Source: Octopus vulgaris (Eukaryota). Taken from it: a DNA stretch of 64,000 bases. This document shows, one piece after another, positions 26,401-37,451 of this stretch. The notes under the pieces were generated by a model that saw nothing but the letters and a program-made list of their open reading frames with translations, was not told where the DNA came from and did no database searches. Made by a program: the position numbers and the translations under genes. Numbering within the stretch: position 1 is the stretch's first letter; each line of letters begins with the position of its first letter. The stretch lies in assembly GCA_951406725.2 (NCBI GenBank), contig OX597829.1, positions 37,758,001-37,822,000 of the forward strand, given 5' to 3'.

Positions 26401-26679
26401 TTAGTGTTCCCAAGGTAACAAAAAAAAAATGGATACTAAATGTGTAAGTGAATGACTACTGTATATATTAAGTGCAGATGTGGCTATGTTGTAAGAAGCT
26501 TGCTTCCCAACCACATGATTCTGGGATCAGTTCCACTGCGTGGCACCTTGGGCAAGTGTCTTCTACTATAGCCTCAGGCCGACCAAAGCCTTGTGAGGGG
26601 ATTTGGTAGACGGAAACTGAAAGAAACCTGTTGTATATATATATATTATATATATGTGTGTGTGTGTGTGTGTATGAGT

Positions 26680-26923
26680 GTTATAATTTAGAACTAACAG
26701 TAAAAGATTGTCATTATAGTACTCGGAGTTTCAGATGCTGGAGCGAAGAGCTACGATACATTCTCGTCGGCTATTAATGACAACAGACGCTATGAAAAGC
26801 CATTAAATAAAAGCATCTGTTGCCATTAATAACCAATGAGAATATATCGTAGCTCTTTGTTCCGACATTTGAAACTCCGAGTACTATAATGACAACCTTT
26901 TACTGTTTGTTTTAATTTATAAC
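26680..26923. repeat. Imperfect palindrome (about 110-bp arms), probable Penelope-derived fold-back
   Basis: gtcattatagtactcggagtttca pairs with tgaaactccgagtactataatgac, and the pairing extends across both arms. Confidence 0.85.
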
Positions 26924-26926
26924 ATA

Positions 26927-27442
26927 CTAGCAGTATCGCCCGGCGTTGCTCAGGTTTGTAAGGGAAATAACTATATAAGCATTTTTAGAGAGTTACTTCC
27001 TTTATAGATGCCAATTCGGGCTTTCTTGGCCATTTCTGTTTTGGTGTCTTCAAGCCATGAAGTCGTTGTTCTAAAAGAACGCTGGTCGCCTTGACAATGC
27101 ATTACAACGTTGATTTCCTTAAACTCCCTTCCCCACAGCTTCACGAGGGAGGGAAGAAGGGGAGAAGCAAACACAGGTGCAGGTGTTTGAGCGTGGACGC
27201 CAACTCCGCCGCCATCGACACACGAAAAATTATGCATTAAAATGGAATAAAAAATGATGTTAAATTATTTTTAAAATCGTAGACTCATCGTAGACGCGCG
27301 CTAATATGCAGACGGGCTCGATATGAATCACGACTATAAGATACCCGAATTTGGTTAAACTGCACCACAAAATGTGAGAGGAGTTAGGAATCTAAATCGT
27401 AGGAGACAGACACTTACACAACTACAGTTTTATATATATAGA
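26927..27442 (-). mobile_element. Non-autonomous Helitron
   Basis: The minus strand starts TC(tatatatataaaa) and ends with a GC-rich hairpin (cctgagcaacgccggg) followed by CTAG. It is inserted between A and T with no TSD. Confidence 0.85.
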
Positions 27443-27471
27443 TATAAGTAATCCTCTATTTCTCTAATATT

Positions 27472-27578
27472 ACATTATTTACATTCGATGGATATTTTGT
27501 CCTCATCTTGGTGAGGACAAATATCCGTCGAATGTAAATAATGTACATAATTCCACATCTCTTAGATATAGAACTGTA
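27472..27578. mobile_element. Short fold-back copy of the same family as 46666..47076 (3' end only)
   Basis: Palindrome acattatttacattcgatggatat...atatccgtcgaatgtaaataatgt plus the same 3' extension (catctctta.atatagaac). 12-bp TSD ttctctaatatt at 27460..27471 and 27579..27590. Confidence 0.75.
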
Positions 27579-27627
27579 TTCTCTAATATTGTTTCATTCT
27601 TTTGTTGTTATATTCTATTATTGTTAT

Positions 27628-27666
27628 TATATACATACATATATACACACACACATATATATATAA

Positions 27667-27715
<49 letters not shown>

Positions 27716-28184
27716 TATACATATATATATATACACACACACATATATACACACACATATACATATATATATATATACACACACATATATACATATATAT
27801 ACACACACATATACATATATATATATACACACACATATACATATATATACACACACATCATACATATATATATACGCACATCATACATATATATATATAC
27901 GCACATCATACATATATATATACATATATATAAATATATATATACATATATATATATACATATATATACATATATATATACATACATATATATATACATA
28001 CATATATATATACATATATATATACACATATATATACACACATATCTATACATATATATATACATATATATATATACAAACATATACATATATATATATA
28101 CATATATATATACATATACATATATATATATATATATATACATACATATATATTTATATATATACACACACACACACATACATA
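27628..28184. repeat. Compound (TA/CA)n microsatellite
   Basis: Seen directly. Confidence 0.97.
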
Positions 28185-28469
28185 TTTTTTTTTATATAAA
28201 CCCAGGCCTATTCCCCATTTTTTTAGGAGGGGGTAGCTACAGCAAGACACACACTAGGCATTCTATTCATTTCCCAGCTCAAAGAGGCAACCCCTGTTCT
28301 ATATACTAATACAGTCTATATATATATATTACTACGAGATCAATTGAATAAGTATTATTACAATAATAAATGTGTACATGTACCTGTGAATGTAACTAAC
28401 TTCGTTAGTTTAATAGCCTCTCTTAATGACTTAAAAAGCAACAGAGTTGAGACAGTGGCAATGATACTG

Positions 28470-28878
28470 ACTTAGCGTCCCCAAAGTCCATCCCCTCCTC
28501 ACCGTGGTGGGGATGATGGCAACAGGTAGTGTCAGAGCTATGCCATCAGGAACTTCAGTTCCTGGTAGGGCCACCCAAGGCAGATTGGTCTGACACCGAG
28601 TGGTATTAGGGCCATAACCCAGCAGACGGGGCTCTGGTGAAAATCCTCGGAGTGTCTGTTTCGGTAACCGGTGGCTCCTCGGTCGTTCTGTCCCTGCGTC
28701 TGCGGACAATCTGCGGCAAACAGGATGTTTCTACATACGGGATTGTTGGGGGCCCGCTTGTGAAATTCATATTCCCACAAAACTTCTTCCACTGCCATGG
28801 TTCGAGATGCCTCAAGGGTGGTAGAAGAAGCCGACTCAACCCGCCCAGGGTGAATGTCGCCACAAGTACAAGTAAGTA
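28470..28878 (+). mobile_element. Short non-autonomous RTE-derived retroposon
   Basis: 16-bp TSD agtgg(c/a)aatgatactg at 28454..28469 and 28879..28894, and an (aagt)n-type tail. The 5' part carries the RTE 5'-UTR signature accgtggtgg...gagctatg...cctggtagggccacccaaggca. Confidence 0.75.
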
Positions 28879-31228
28879 AGTGGAAATGATACTGCATTTC
28901 TAAAACTAAGTCTGTAAGATAACAGTTTTTGGTACCATGCTGACTTAAGGAAGTGAACTGATTTTCTTTGAAGTGGAATGGTAACAGACGCAAAGGGTAA
29001 TTGTCAAAGGTTATTCTTTTATGATATTCTTATCTTTAAATGTTCTTTATTATTCTTCTAAAATTCCAAACAAGTCTGTGGTTAAAGTTTCTTTATTTTT
29101 TTTCATTTCCCTTAATTTGTTTTTGTTAGGTGTTTTATTAAACTTGTATCTCTTTGTATTTCCTCATTCCTCTTTGTTAGAGGAATCTAAAAGTAATATT
29201 TGATGGGGATGGAGGAGTAATTTGGTGAAACTAAAGATGATACAGAAGTGTTTTGACTCTGGCCACCCCAGGATGTGCATGTATACAGTTATTATTGAAT
29301 CATATTAATGTAATATTGTACATAATTGATGTAACATTCAGCAATTAACAGCCGATAATGGTGCACTGAAACAATTGCAGTGATTTGTCCCAATGTAATA
29401 AAGCCTGTTCAATCCATCTCCCCATATTGAAATTTTTTTGTTTATACTCTATGATATTTGCAGATTTCCACATGTATATCCAGTAACAGAAGAAGTCCTA
29501 CTGTATAACACTTGCTAACCGATATCCATAGAAGAGCTTGTAGAATACTCTATAAGGTATTTTACCCAGATTTATATATATGGATGGATGGATGGATGGA
29601 TGGAGAGACAGACAGACTGAGAGATATACAGGCACAGGCATGGCTATATGATAAGAAGCTTGCTTCCCAACCACGGCACTTTAGGCAAGTGTCTTTCACT
29701 CTAGCTCAGAGCTAACCGAAGCCTTGTGATTGGATTTAGTATGCAGAAATTGAAAGAAGTGTGTTATCTCCTTGCCTTAACATTGCATGATGTCCGGTCA
29801 TGGGTACATATTACCTCACCCTTAAACAGGTGAGAGTTGGAAACTGAAGGAAATTGGAAGTGCATCCGGTCATTGAAAATCTACAATAAGATTCTCTCCA
29901 ACTCATGCAAACATGGGAAAGTGGAAGTTAAACTAATGGATAGATGGATGGTCACTCCCTAACAGTGGAAGGAACCCATGAAAGAGGGAGACCCAAGAAG
30001 ACATAGGATGAGGTGGTGAAGCACAACCTTCAAATGTTGGGCCTCAAGAGACCCAAGACATCTGGAGACATGTTGTAATTGAGAAGACCCAGTAAGTAAA
30101 GTGAGATCACAGCCATAGCCTATACCAGTGTCACATAACCAGCCCATTTAAAAAGCATCTTTGAATTGTCGGGCAACATGCCATGCTGGAGGAGACTTAT
30201 TGAGTCAAGTAAAATCAAAAATCAAAATCACTATCAGTATCTCAATCAAATCAAAATGGAAATTGTAGTGCTAGTGGCACGCAATATGCACCATTCATGT
30301 GTGGGTCATTGCCAGTGCTGCCTGACTGGCTCCCCGTGCTGGTGGCATGTAAAAGGCACCGAATGTGGTCAATGCCAGCCCCACTGCCCCGACTGGCTAC
30401 TTTGCTAGTAGCACATAAAAAGCACCATCTGAACATGGTTAACACCAATGCTGCCTGACTAGCTCCTGAGCCAGTGGCACATAATAAGCACCCACTACAC
30501 TCTCAGAGTAGTTGGCATTAGGAAGGACATCCAGCTGTAGAAACATTGCCAGATCAGATTGGAGACTGGTGCAGCCTCCTGGTTTGCCAGTCCCCAGTCA
30601 AACCATCCAACCCATGCCAGCATGGAAAACAGATGTTAAACGATGATGATGATGTATTAGAAAGAGAGAGAGAGACAAAGATGTGGCTGTGTGGTTAAGA
30701 AGTTTGCTTCCAAATCAGATGGTTTTGGGTTCAGTCCTACTGTGTGGCAATTTGGGCACATGTCTTCTACTATAGCTTCAGGTCAATCAACAACTCCCAA
30801 GTGCATTTGGCATTCAGTAACTGGAAACTGAAAGAAGCCTGTCACAGTTGTGTCACCTTGCTTTGGCATAATGTGATAGTTGTGAATGAGCATCACCATT
30901 ATACAAATGGTGCTGTTTGCTTTCAATATTCTATGTCTGGCCATGAGTAAATATTACCTTACTTGGGAAATAAGAAGCGAAGGTTGGCAACAGGAAGGCA
31001 ATCAAGTTGCAAAGAACCTGTCTCAACAGATTCCATCTGAAACATGTGAACATGGAAAAGTGGATGTTAAAATGATGAGGACTCAAGTGTTGGGCCTCAC
31101 AGAGGCAATAACCGAGACGTTTGGCATTATGTTGTGCTTGAGAAGACATATATACACACTACACACACACATACATACAAATATCCATGTAGATGCATAT
31201 ACATGCACATATATATATATACATGCAC

Positions 31229-31284
<56 letters not shown>

Positions 31285-31291
31285 TTCTCTT

Positions 31292-31690
31292 TTTCTCTTT
31301 TACTTGTTTCAGACATTTGACTGCGGCCATGCTGGAGCCCCACCTTTAGCAAATCGACCCCGGGACTTATTCTTTGGAAGCCCAGTACTTATTCTATCGG
31401 CCTCTTTTGCCGAACCGCTAAGTGACGGGGACGTAAACACACCAGCATCGGTTGTCAAGCAATGCTAGGGGGACAAACACACACAAACACATATACACAC
31501 ACATATATATATATATATATACATATATACGACAGGCTTCTTTCAGTTTCCGTCTACCAAATCCACTCACAAGGCATTGGTCAGCCCGGGGCTATAGCAG
31601 AAGACACTTGCCCAAGATGCCACACAGTGGGACTGAACCTGGAACCATGTGGTTGGTTAGCAAGCTACTTACCACACAGCCACTCCTGCG

Positions 31691-31692
<2 letters not shown>
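31292..31692 (-). mobile_element. SINE family A, full length, reverse; decayed copies at about 26473, 42170, 48415 and 52640
   Basis: Reverse complement of the family consensus, set inside (TA)n. Confidence 0.9.
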
Positions 31693-31729
<37 letters not shown>

Positions 31730-31987
31730 ATAATCCTAGGATGGAATTCATAAACATTTAATGGATTGCTATGCGTATTTCTACAAATCACATGACTTTT
31801 AAGATCACAATCCTTGGATATATATGTCTTTTAAATTCATTCATGGTAAAATTAGGGGTATGCAAATAAAGCTCCTATTTCATTATACCAGCTACCCTCA
31901 AATGATACTGACTAGCAAGTCAGTTTCTCGGAATTGCATAACAGTTATGCCAATATAATGTAGGATAAATATAATAATAATAATAAT

Positions 31988-32475
31988 AATTCTAGGATGG
32001 AACTTATAAATATTTAATACATCACTATGAGCATTTCCACAAATTGCACGATTTTAACATCATAGTTTGTATCCTTGGGATGAGTACAGTATAGTCTGTA
32101 GTATCCGTGGGTATCCGGTTGATCATCATCATTGACTCATTTCATCAGGCGATACTGCATTAGTAGATGAATCACAGAGAGATGTTTATCCATTCTTGCC
32201 CGTATTGAAGGCCAATCTAGCAAATAGTTATTAAGGATATAGCTTGATTGGCCTTCATACGGGCAAGAATGGATAAACATCCCTCTGTGATTCATCCACT
32301 AAAGCAGTATCGCCCGATGAAATGAATCAATGATGATGATCAACCGAATACACACAGATTATACAGACTATAACTGTACACATCCCAAGGATGCAAACTC
32401 TGATGTTAAAATCATATGATTTGTGGAAACACACGTAGTGATGCATTAAATATTTATAAGTTCCATCCTAGAATT
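31988..32475. repeat. Long imperfect palindrome (about 230-bp arms), probable Penelope-derived fold-back; partial extra copy at 31730..31820
   Basis: aattctaggatggaacttataaatatttaat... pairs with ...attaaatatttataagttccatcctagaatt around a loop of about 20 nt; flanked by (TAA)n and (TTA)n. Confidence 0.85.
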
Positions 32476-32508
32476 CTTGGTATTATTATTATTATTATTA
32501 TTACATAC

Positions 32509-32549
<41 letters not shown>

Positions 32550-35230
32550 TGGTTGTTCCTAAATACAAAACCCTTTCAAGTGAAGAATGTATCCTTCAGC
32601 ATAGACTAGTCATCACTGACTTTAGACTCCAGGCCAGAAGGATGCCAAGAAACAGACCAATCTGGAAAAGATGGACTTGGAAGCTTAAGGACCCTCCATA
32701 TGGTCTGAGATTTAGGGACATCCTAACTGAGAAATTTGATGAGAGGGAGGAGGAATTACAGACTTGCGACATAGAGGGCAACTGGGAATTCCTATACAAC
32801 AGATTGATGAGTGCCACAGATCAAATCTGCAGCTGGTGCAAAGTCCCATCCAGACATAGGGTGATGTGGTGGAACGATGCTGTAGACAAGACAAAGAAGC
32901 AGTCCTGGAAGACTGAGGGTAACAGGGAACTGTATCAGATAACCAGAAGGAAAGCTAGGAGACAGGTATATCTAGCCAGGGGAGAAGCAAAAAAGAAGTT
33001 GTTTGTCTATTTTCATCGACGTGAGGACCAAAGACATCAAGTGTTTCAGATTGGGAGAAAATTGTGATGTCATAGGAGAGAAATGTGTCTGCATGGATGA
33101 TGGTGCACTTGTATTTAATGATTCTGCAAAGAAAGAGGCTTGGAAATGCCATTATGAAAGACTACTAAATGTAGAGAATGCATGCCAGGAAGAGAGTCTG
33201 CCAAATGTTGATCCAACTGAGGGACCAGCTATCTGAATCAACAGTACCCTGGTAGATAAAGCAATTAAGGATATGAAGACAGGGAAAGCTCCAGGCCCAT
33301 CAGGAATCACCACTTAAAATATCTGGTGGTGTGAGTTATGGTCTAGTCACCTGTATTGTAAATCAGGTGGTTCATGAAGAAGTCATATCCAATGACTGGT
33401 GGCGCAATACCATAGTCAACTGCTACAAAGGTAAAGGTGATGCCTCTTAGAGAGAAATAATAACAGAGGTATCAAATTGTTGGATCAGGTGATGAAAATT
33501 ATGGAGAGGGTCATAACCCAACTAATTAGGAAGAGTGTTAGTCTAGATGAGATGCAGTTTGGTTTTGTGCCAGGGAGAAGCAACACTGATATTATATTTC
33601 TGGTAAGGCAGCTACAAAAGAAATACATAGCCAAAGATGAACCTCTGTACTTGGTTTTTGTTGACTTGGAGAAAGCCTTTGACAGGGTCCCTCAGTCCCT
33701 TATCTGGTGATCAATGCAGAAACTAGGGATAGATCAGAGGTTGGTGAGAGCATGTACAGGGATGCTACCAGTAAGGTGAGGGTTGGCAATGAGTACAGCA
33801 AAAGATTCAGGGTACATGTAAGGGTACACCAAGGATTGGTCCTTGGTCCCTTTTTACTCATCATAGTCCTCCAGTAATAACAGAGGAATTTAAGATAAGC
33901 TGCCCCTGGGAGCTACTCTATGCTGATGACCTTGTTTTTAAAGCTGAATCACTACCAGAACTAGAGAAGTTTCAGATATGGAAGCAAGGTCTAGAATCAA
34001 AGGGCCTTAGAGTTAACGTAGCAAAAACCAAAGTCTTAGTAAGTAGGAAGGCAGACAAATCATAAATCCCTTCAGGCTGATAGCCCTGTTCGATCTGTAG
34101 AAAAGGTATAGGTAGAAACTAATAAGATGTACTTGGTGTAAGTTATGGACACATAAGAGGTGTAGAAAAATCAGAGGAAGGTTAACAGGAAAAATAGCTT
34201 TTGTATGTGTAAGATGCACAGGTACAATAAACACTGAAAATGTACAGAAAATAGACTCCATCAACTGCCAGGGTGGTAAGCTAGAGGTAATAGATACCTT
34301 CCGTTTATCTAGGTTACCAAGTTAGTAGCAGAAGTGGATGCTCCGAGAGTGTAGCTGTGAGAATAAGATTAGGCTGGGCAGAGTTCAGAGAGATCTGACC
34401 TCTGCTGGCAATAAAGGGCCTCACACGCAGAGTGAAAGACAGATAGTACAATGCCCGTGAGCAAACAGCTATGCTACATAGCAGTGAAGCATCATTTGTG
34501 ACAGCTGAGGACATGTATAGGCTTGAAAGAAATGAAGCCAGTGTGCTTTGCTGGATGTCCAACGAAAGAGTGCATGTTCAACAGAGTGTAAGCATACTAA
34601 GAGAAAGATGTGGTGTGCAAGAGAGACAACTGTGTTGGTATGGTCATGTGATGCGTGTGGACAAGGACAGCTGTATAAAGAAGTGCCAATCTCTGTGAAG
34701 GGAACTGGTGGTAGAGGTAGACTTAGGAAGACATGGGACGAGGTGGTGAAGTATGATTTTTGAACTTTGGCCATCACAGAAGTAATGACTAGTGACCGAG
34801 ACCTTTGGTGAAATGCTGGTGTCACATAACTGGTACCCATACAGATGGCACATAAAAAGCACCAATTGAGCAATGGGTCACATAGAGGCAAAGTGCCCAA
34901 TGCTGGTGGCATGTGAAAAGCTCTTTTCAAGTATTGGGCCCCACAGAGGCAATGATGAATGACTGACACTTTTGGCATTATGTTGTGCTTGAGAAGAAGA
35001 CTCATCAAGCCAAGTAAAATCACAGTCATGGCAGATACTAGTGTCATGCAAATGGCACCTGTGCCGGTGGCACGTAAAAGCACCAGTTACACACTTGGAG
35101 TGGTTGGCGTTAGAAGGGCATCCAGCCGAAGAGATCATATCAAATCAGACTGGAGTCTGGTGCAGCCTTCTAGCCCTTGCCAAACCATCTAACCCATACC
35201 AGCATGGACAACAAACATTAAATGATAATG
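32550..35230 (+). mobile_element. Decayed RTE-clade LINE (RT, 3' UTR and tail)
   Basis: Fragments QHRLVITDF, MQFGFVPGRS, YLVFVDLEKAFDRVP, YADD (33919..33930), WYGHVMR and GRGRLRKTWDEVV, with many stops and frameshifts. The 3' UTR matches the repeat found many times in this window. Confidence 0.9.
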
Positions 35231-35236
35231 AGAATT

Positions 35237-35241
35237 ATGTG

Positions 35242-35289
<48 letters not shown>

Positions 35290-36060
35290 CATCTATATAT
35301 ATATATATATGTACATAATTACATGTATAAATATATATATATATATACTTACATGTATAATTATATATATATACATTTATATATATAAAATTACATGTAT
35401 ATATGTATGTACATAATTACATGTATAAATATATATGTATAAATAAATATATATAATTATATATATACGTGTACATATATATATAATTATATATATAATA
35501 TGTATAAATGAATATATACATACGTATACATATATATATATATACATATATATATACATACGTATACATATATATATATATATACACACACACACATTGA
35601 TGAATGTACATACATACATGCCCTGTTTATAAATTATACCATATGTTACATATATATAAACACATTTATGAATATACATACAAACATACATATATATACA
35701 AACACATGTGCACATAAATATATACATACACACATATATAAACATGCACACACACGTTTATATACATGCATATCTTTCTATCTATATATATATATATATA
35801 TATATGCACATACACACAAAATATATACACACACATATACATACATATAAATAAACACACCTATACAGATATGCATACATATATGTACACACACACACAC
35901 ACACACATCTTCATACATGTATACACATATATGTATATACATATATGTATACATGTATATTCATACATAGATACATAAATTAGAAGGCAATACTGTATGT
36001 AAACAGATCGTGTGCATGTTTGTACGTGTGTGTGTGTGTGTGTATATATACACACACATA
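35237..36060. repeat. Compound, partly decayed (TA/CA/TG)n microsatellite
   Basis: Seen directly. Confidence 0.95.
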
Positions 36061-36237
36061 ATTATGCGTGCTTATGTGTGATCACACATATGGTTATTGA
36101 AACAATACAAATCTGTAGATTTTTTATTTTTTAACCCTGCCTTTTATAAAGCAAAAACAACTATTAAAGAAATTTATTAAAGAAAACAAAAAAAAAAAAA
36201 ATCAGAGCATAAGAATTGAATGGTAATAGAGACTTAC

Positions 36238-36550
36238 TTTCTGAGAGGAACTGAGTGAAGATTCGGGAGAACTGAGGTCCTTTATTTTGTCAAAGGAAAC
36301 TGAGCCGTACAGGCCTCTGTTACTATCAGACATTTGGGATCTAACACGTGTCCATTCTGTTTGATGCTTTGTCCTTTCTTGGTGTCTTCCAGACATATCC
36401 ATGTAATCAGACTGTGTGTTTGTTGTGCTATTGTTGTTGTTAATATTATTACTATTATTACTAGTATTATTGTTATTATCATTCTGCTGCTGCTGCCAGT
36501 CTTGCTTAGAATGTGCTACATGTTGAAAATCTCCATATAATCTAGGATTT
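36238..36550 (-). CDS. Internal coding exon of the same gene (L-NPRLYGDFQH...SSLSSSQK)
   Basis: Acceptor tttttttctttttatag|A with a phase-2 start completes TT+A (Leu) from the previous exon. The frame is open (includes ORF 36202..36402, MDMSGRHQER...) and ends at donor AAA|gtaagt, phase 0. Confidence 0.85.
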
Positions 36551-37372
36551 CTATAAAAAAGAAAAAAAAAAGGACAATCCAGGTTTTACATTTTCAATAA
36601 TAATAATAATAATAATAATGATGATGATGATGACGATGATAATGATGATGATGATAAAGAGAAGAACTTATATATATATATATACATACACCTAAGCACA
36701 GATTTCAGAACAGTATATCTGAAAGGTTTCTTTGCATCCAACTCTTAATTTGATGTCTCTGAAATGCTAACCTACTTTCGGATAGACCATCTGTTTAGTT
36801 AACAATTAGAGTTTAATAGAGTAACAATCATTATGCCAGTTAGAAACAGTAAATAAAGAACTGGCGTACACTTAAAAGTAAAGGTTATGTCAATACTAGG
36901 CGTAAGATGTTAGGAGTGAGATAAAGTTAGGAATAAAACAGCTTGAACTTAAATAAAACAACCAGAAAAATATTTGCAGAGTTTATTAAATTTTAGTTAA
37001 ATATCAACAATATAAAAATGGTAATAGAAATTAAAGCCATTTAGAGAAAATTATTCAATATTTGAAAATAAAGAGTCCTTGTAAATGGTAGTTAGGGAGA
37101 AAAAAAAGCAAAAAAAACAAAAAGACAGCTATCCTCTGAAATTATAAAGTACCTGTCTCACACCAGGATAAGATGGTTGGTGCTAAGAAAAGGGCCCAGC
37201 TGTTGAAATAACCCAGATTTGCAAACCCCCTTCAATTCATTCTAGCATGAAAAACTTTTTTTAAAAAAACAAGACAAAAATACTAAGAAAAACAAAAGAC
37301 TAGATTTTCATTTATAAGAGAAGATAGACTGAAAGAGTAAAGAAGATCTCCCTTTCTCTCTATCTCTGTATA

Positions 37373-37451
<79 letters not shown>

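Noticed and set aside
28477-28520. HDV-like ribozyme at the 5' end of the RTE-derived element
   Set aside because: A P1-like pairing gtcccca/tggggat exists, but P3/L3 and the P1.1 GG do not fit, and a simple hairpin explains the sequence.
28538-28993. 151-aa and overlapping ORFs
   Set aside because: They are antisense to a TSD-bounded GC-rich retroposon and cross its boundary.
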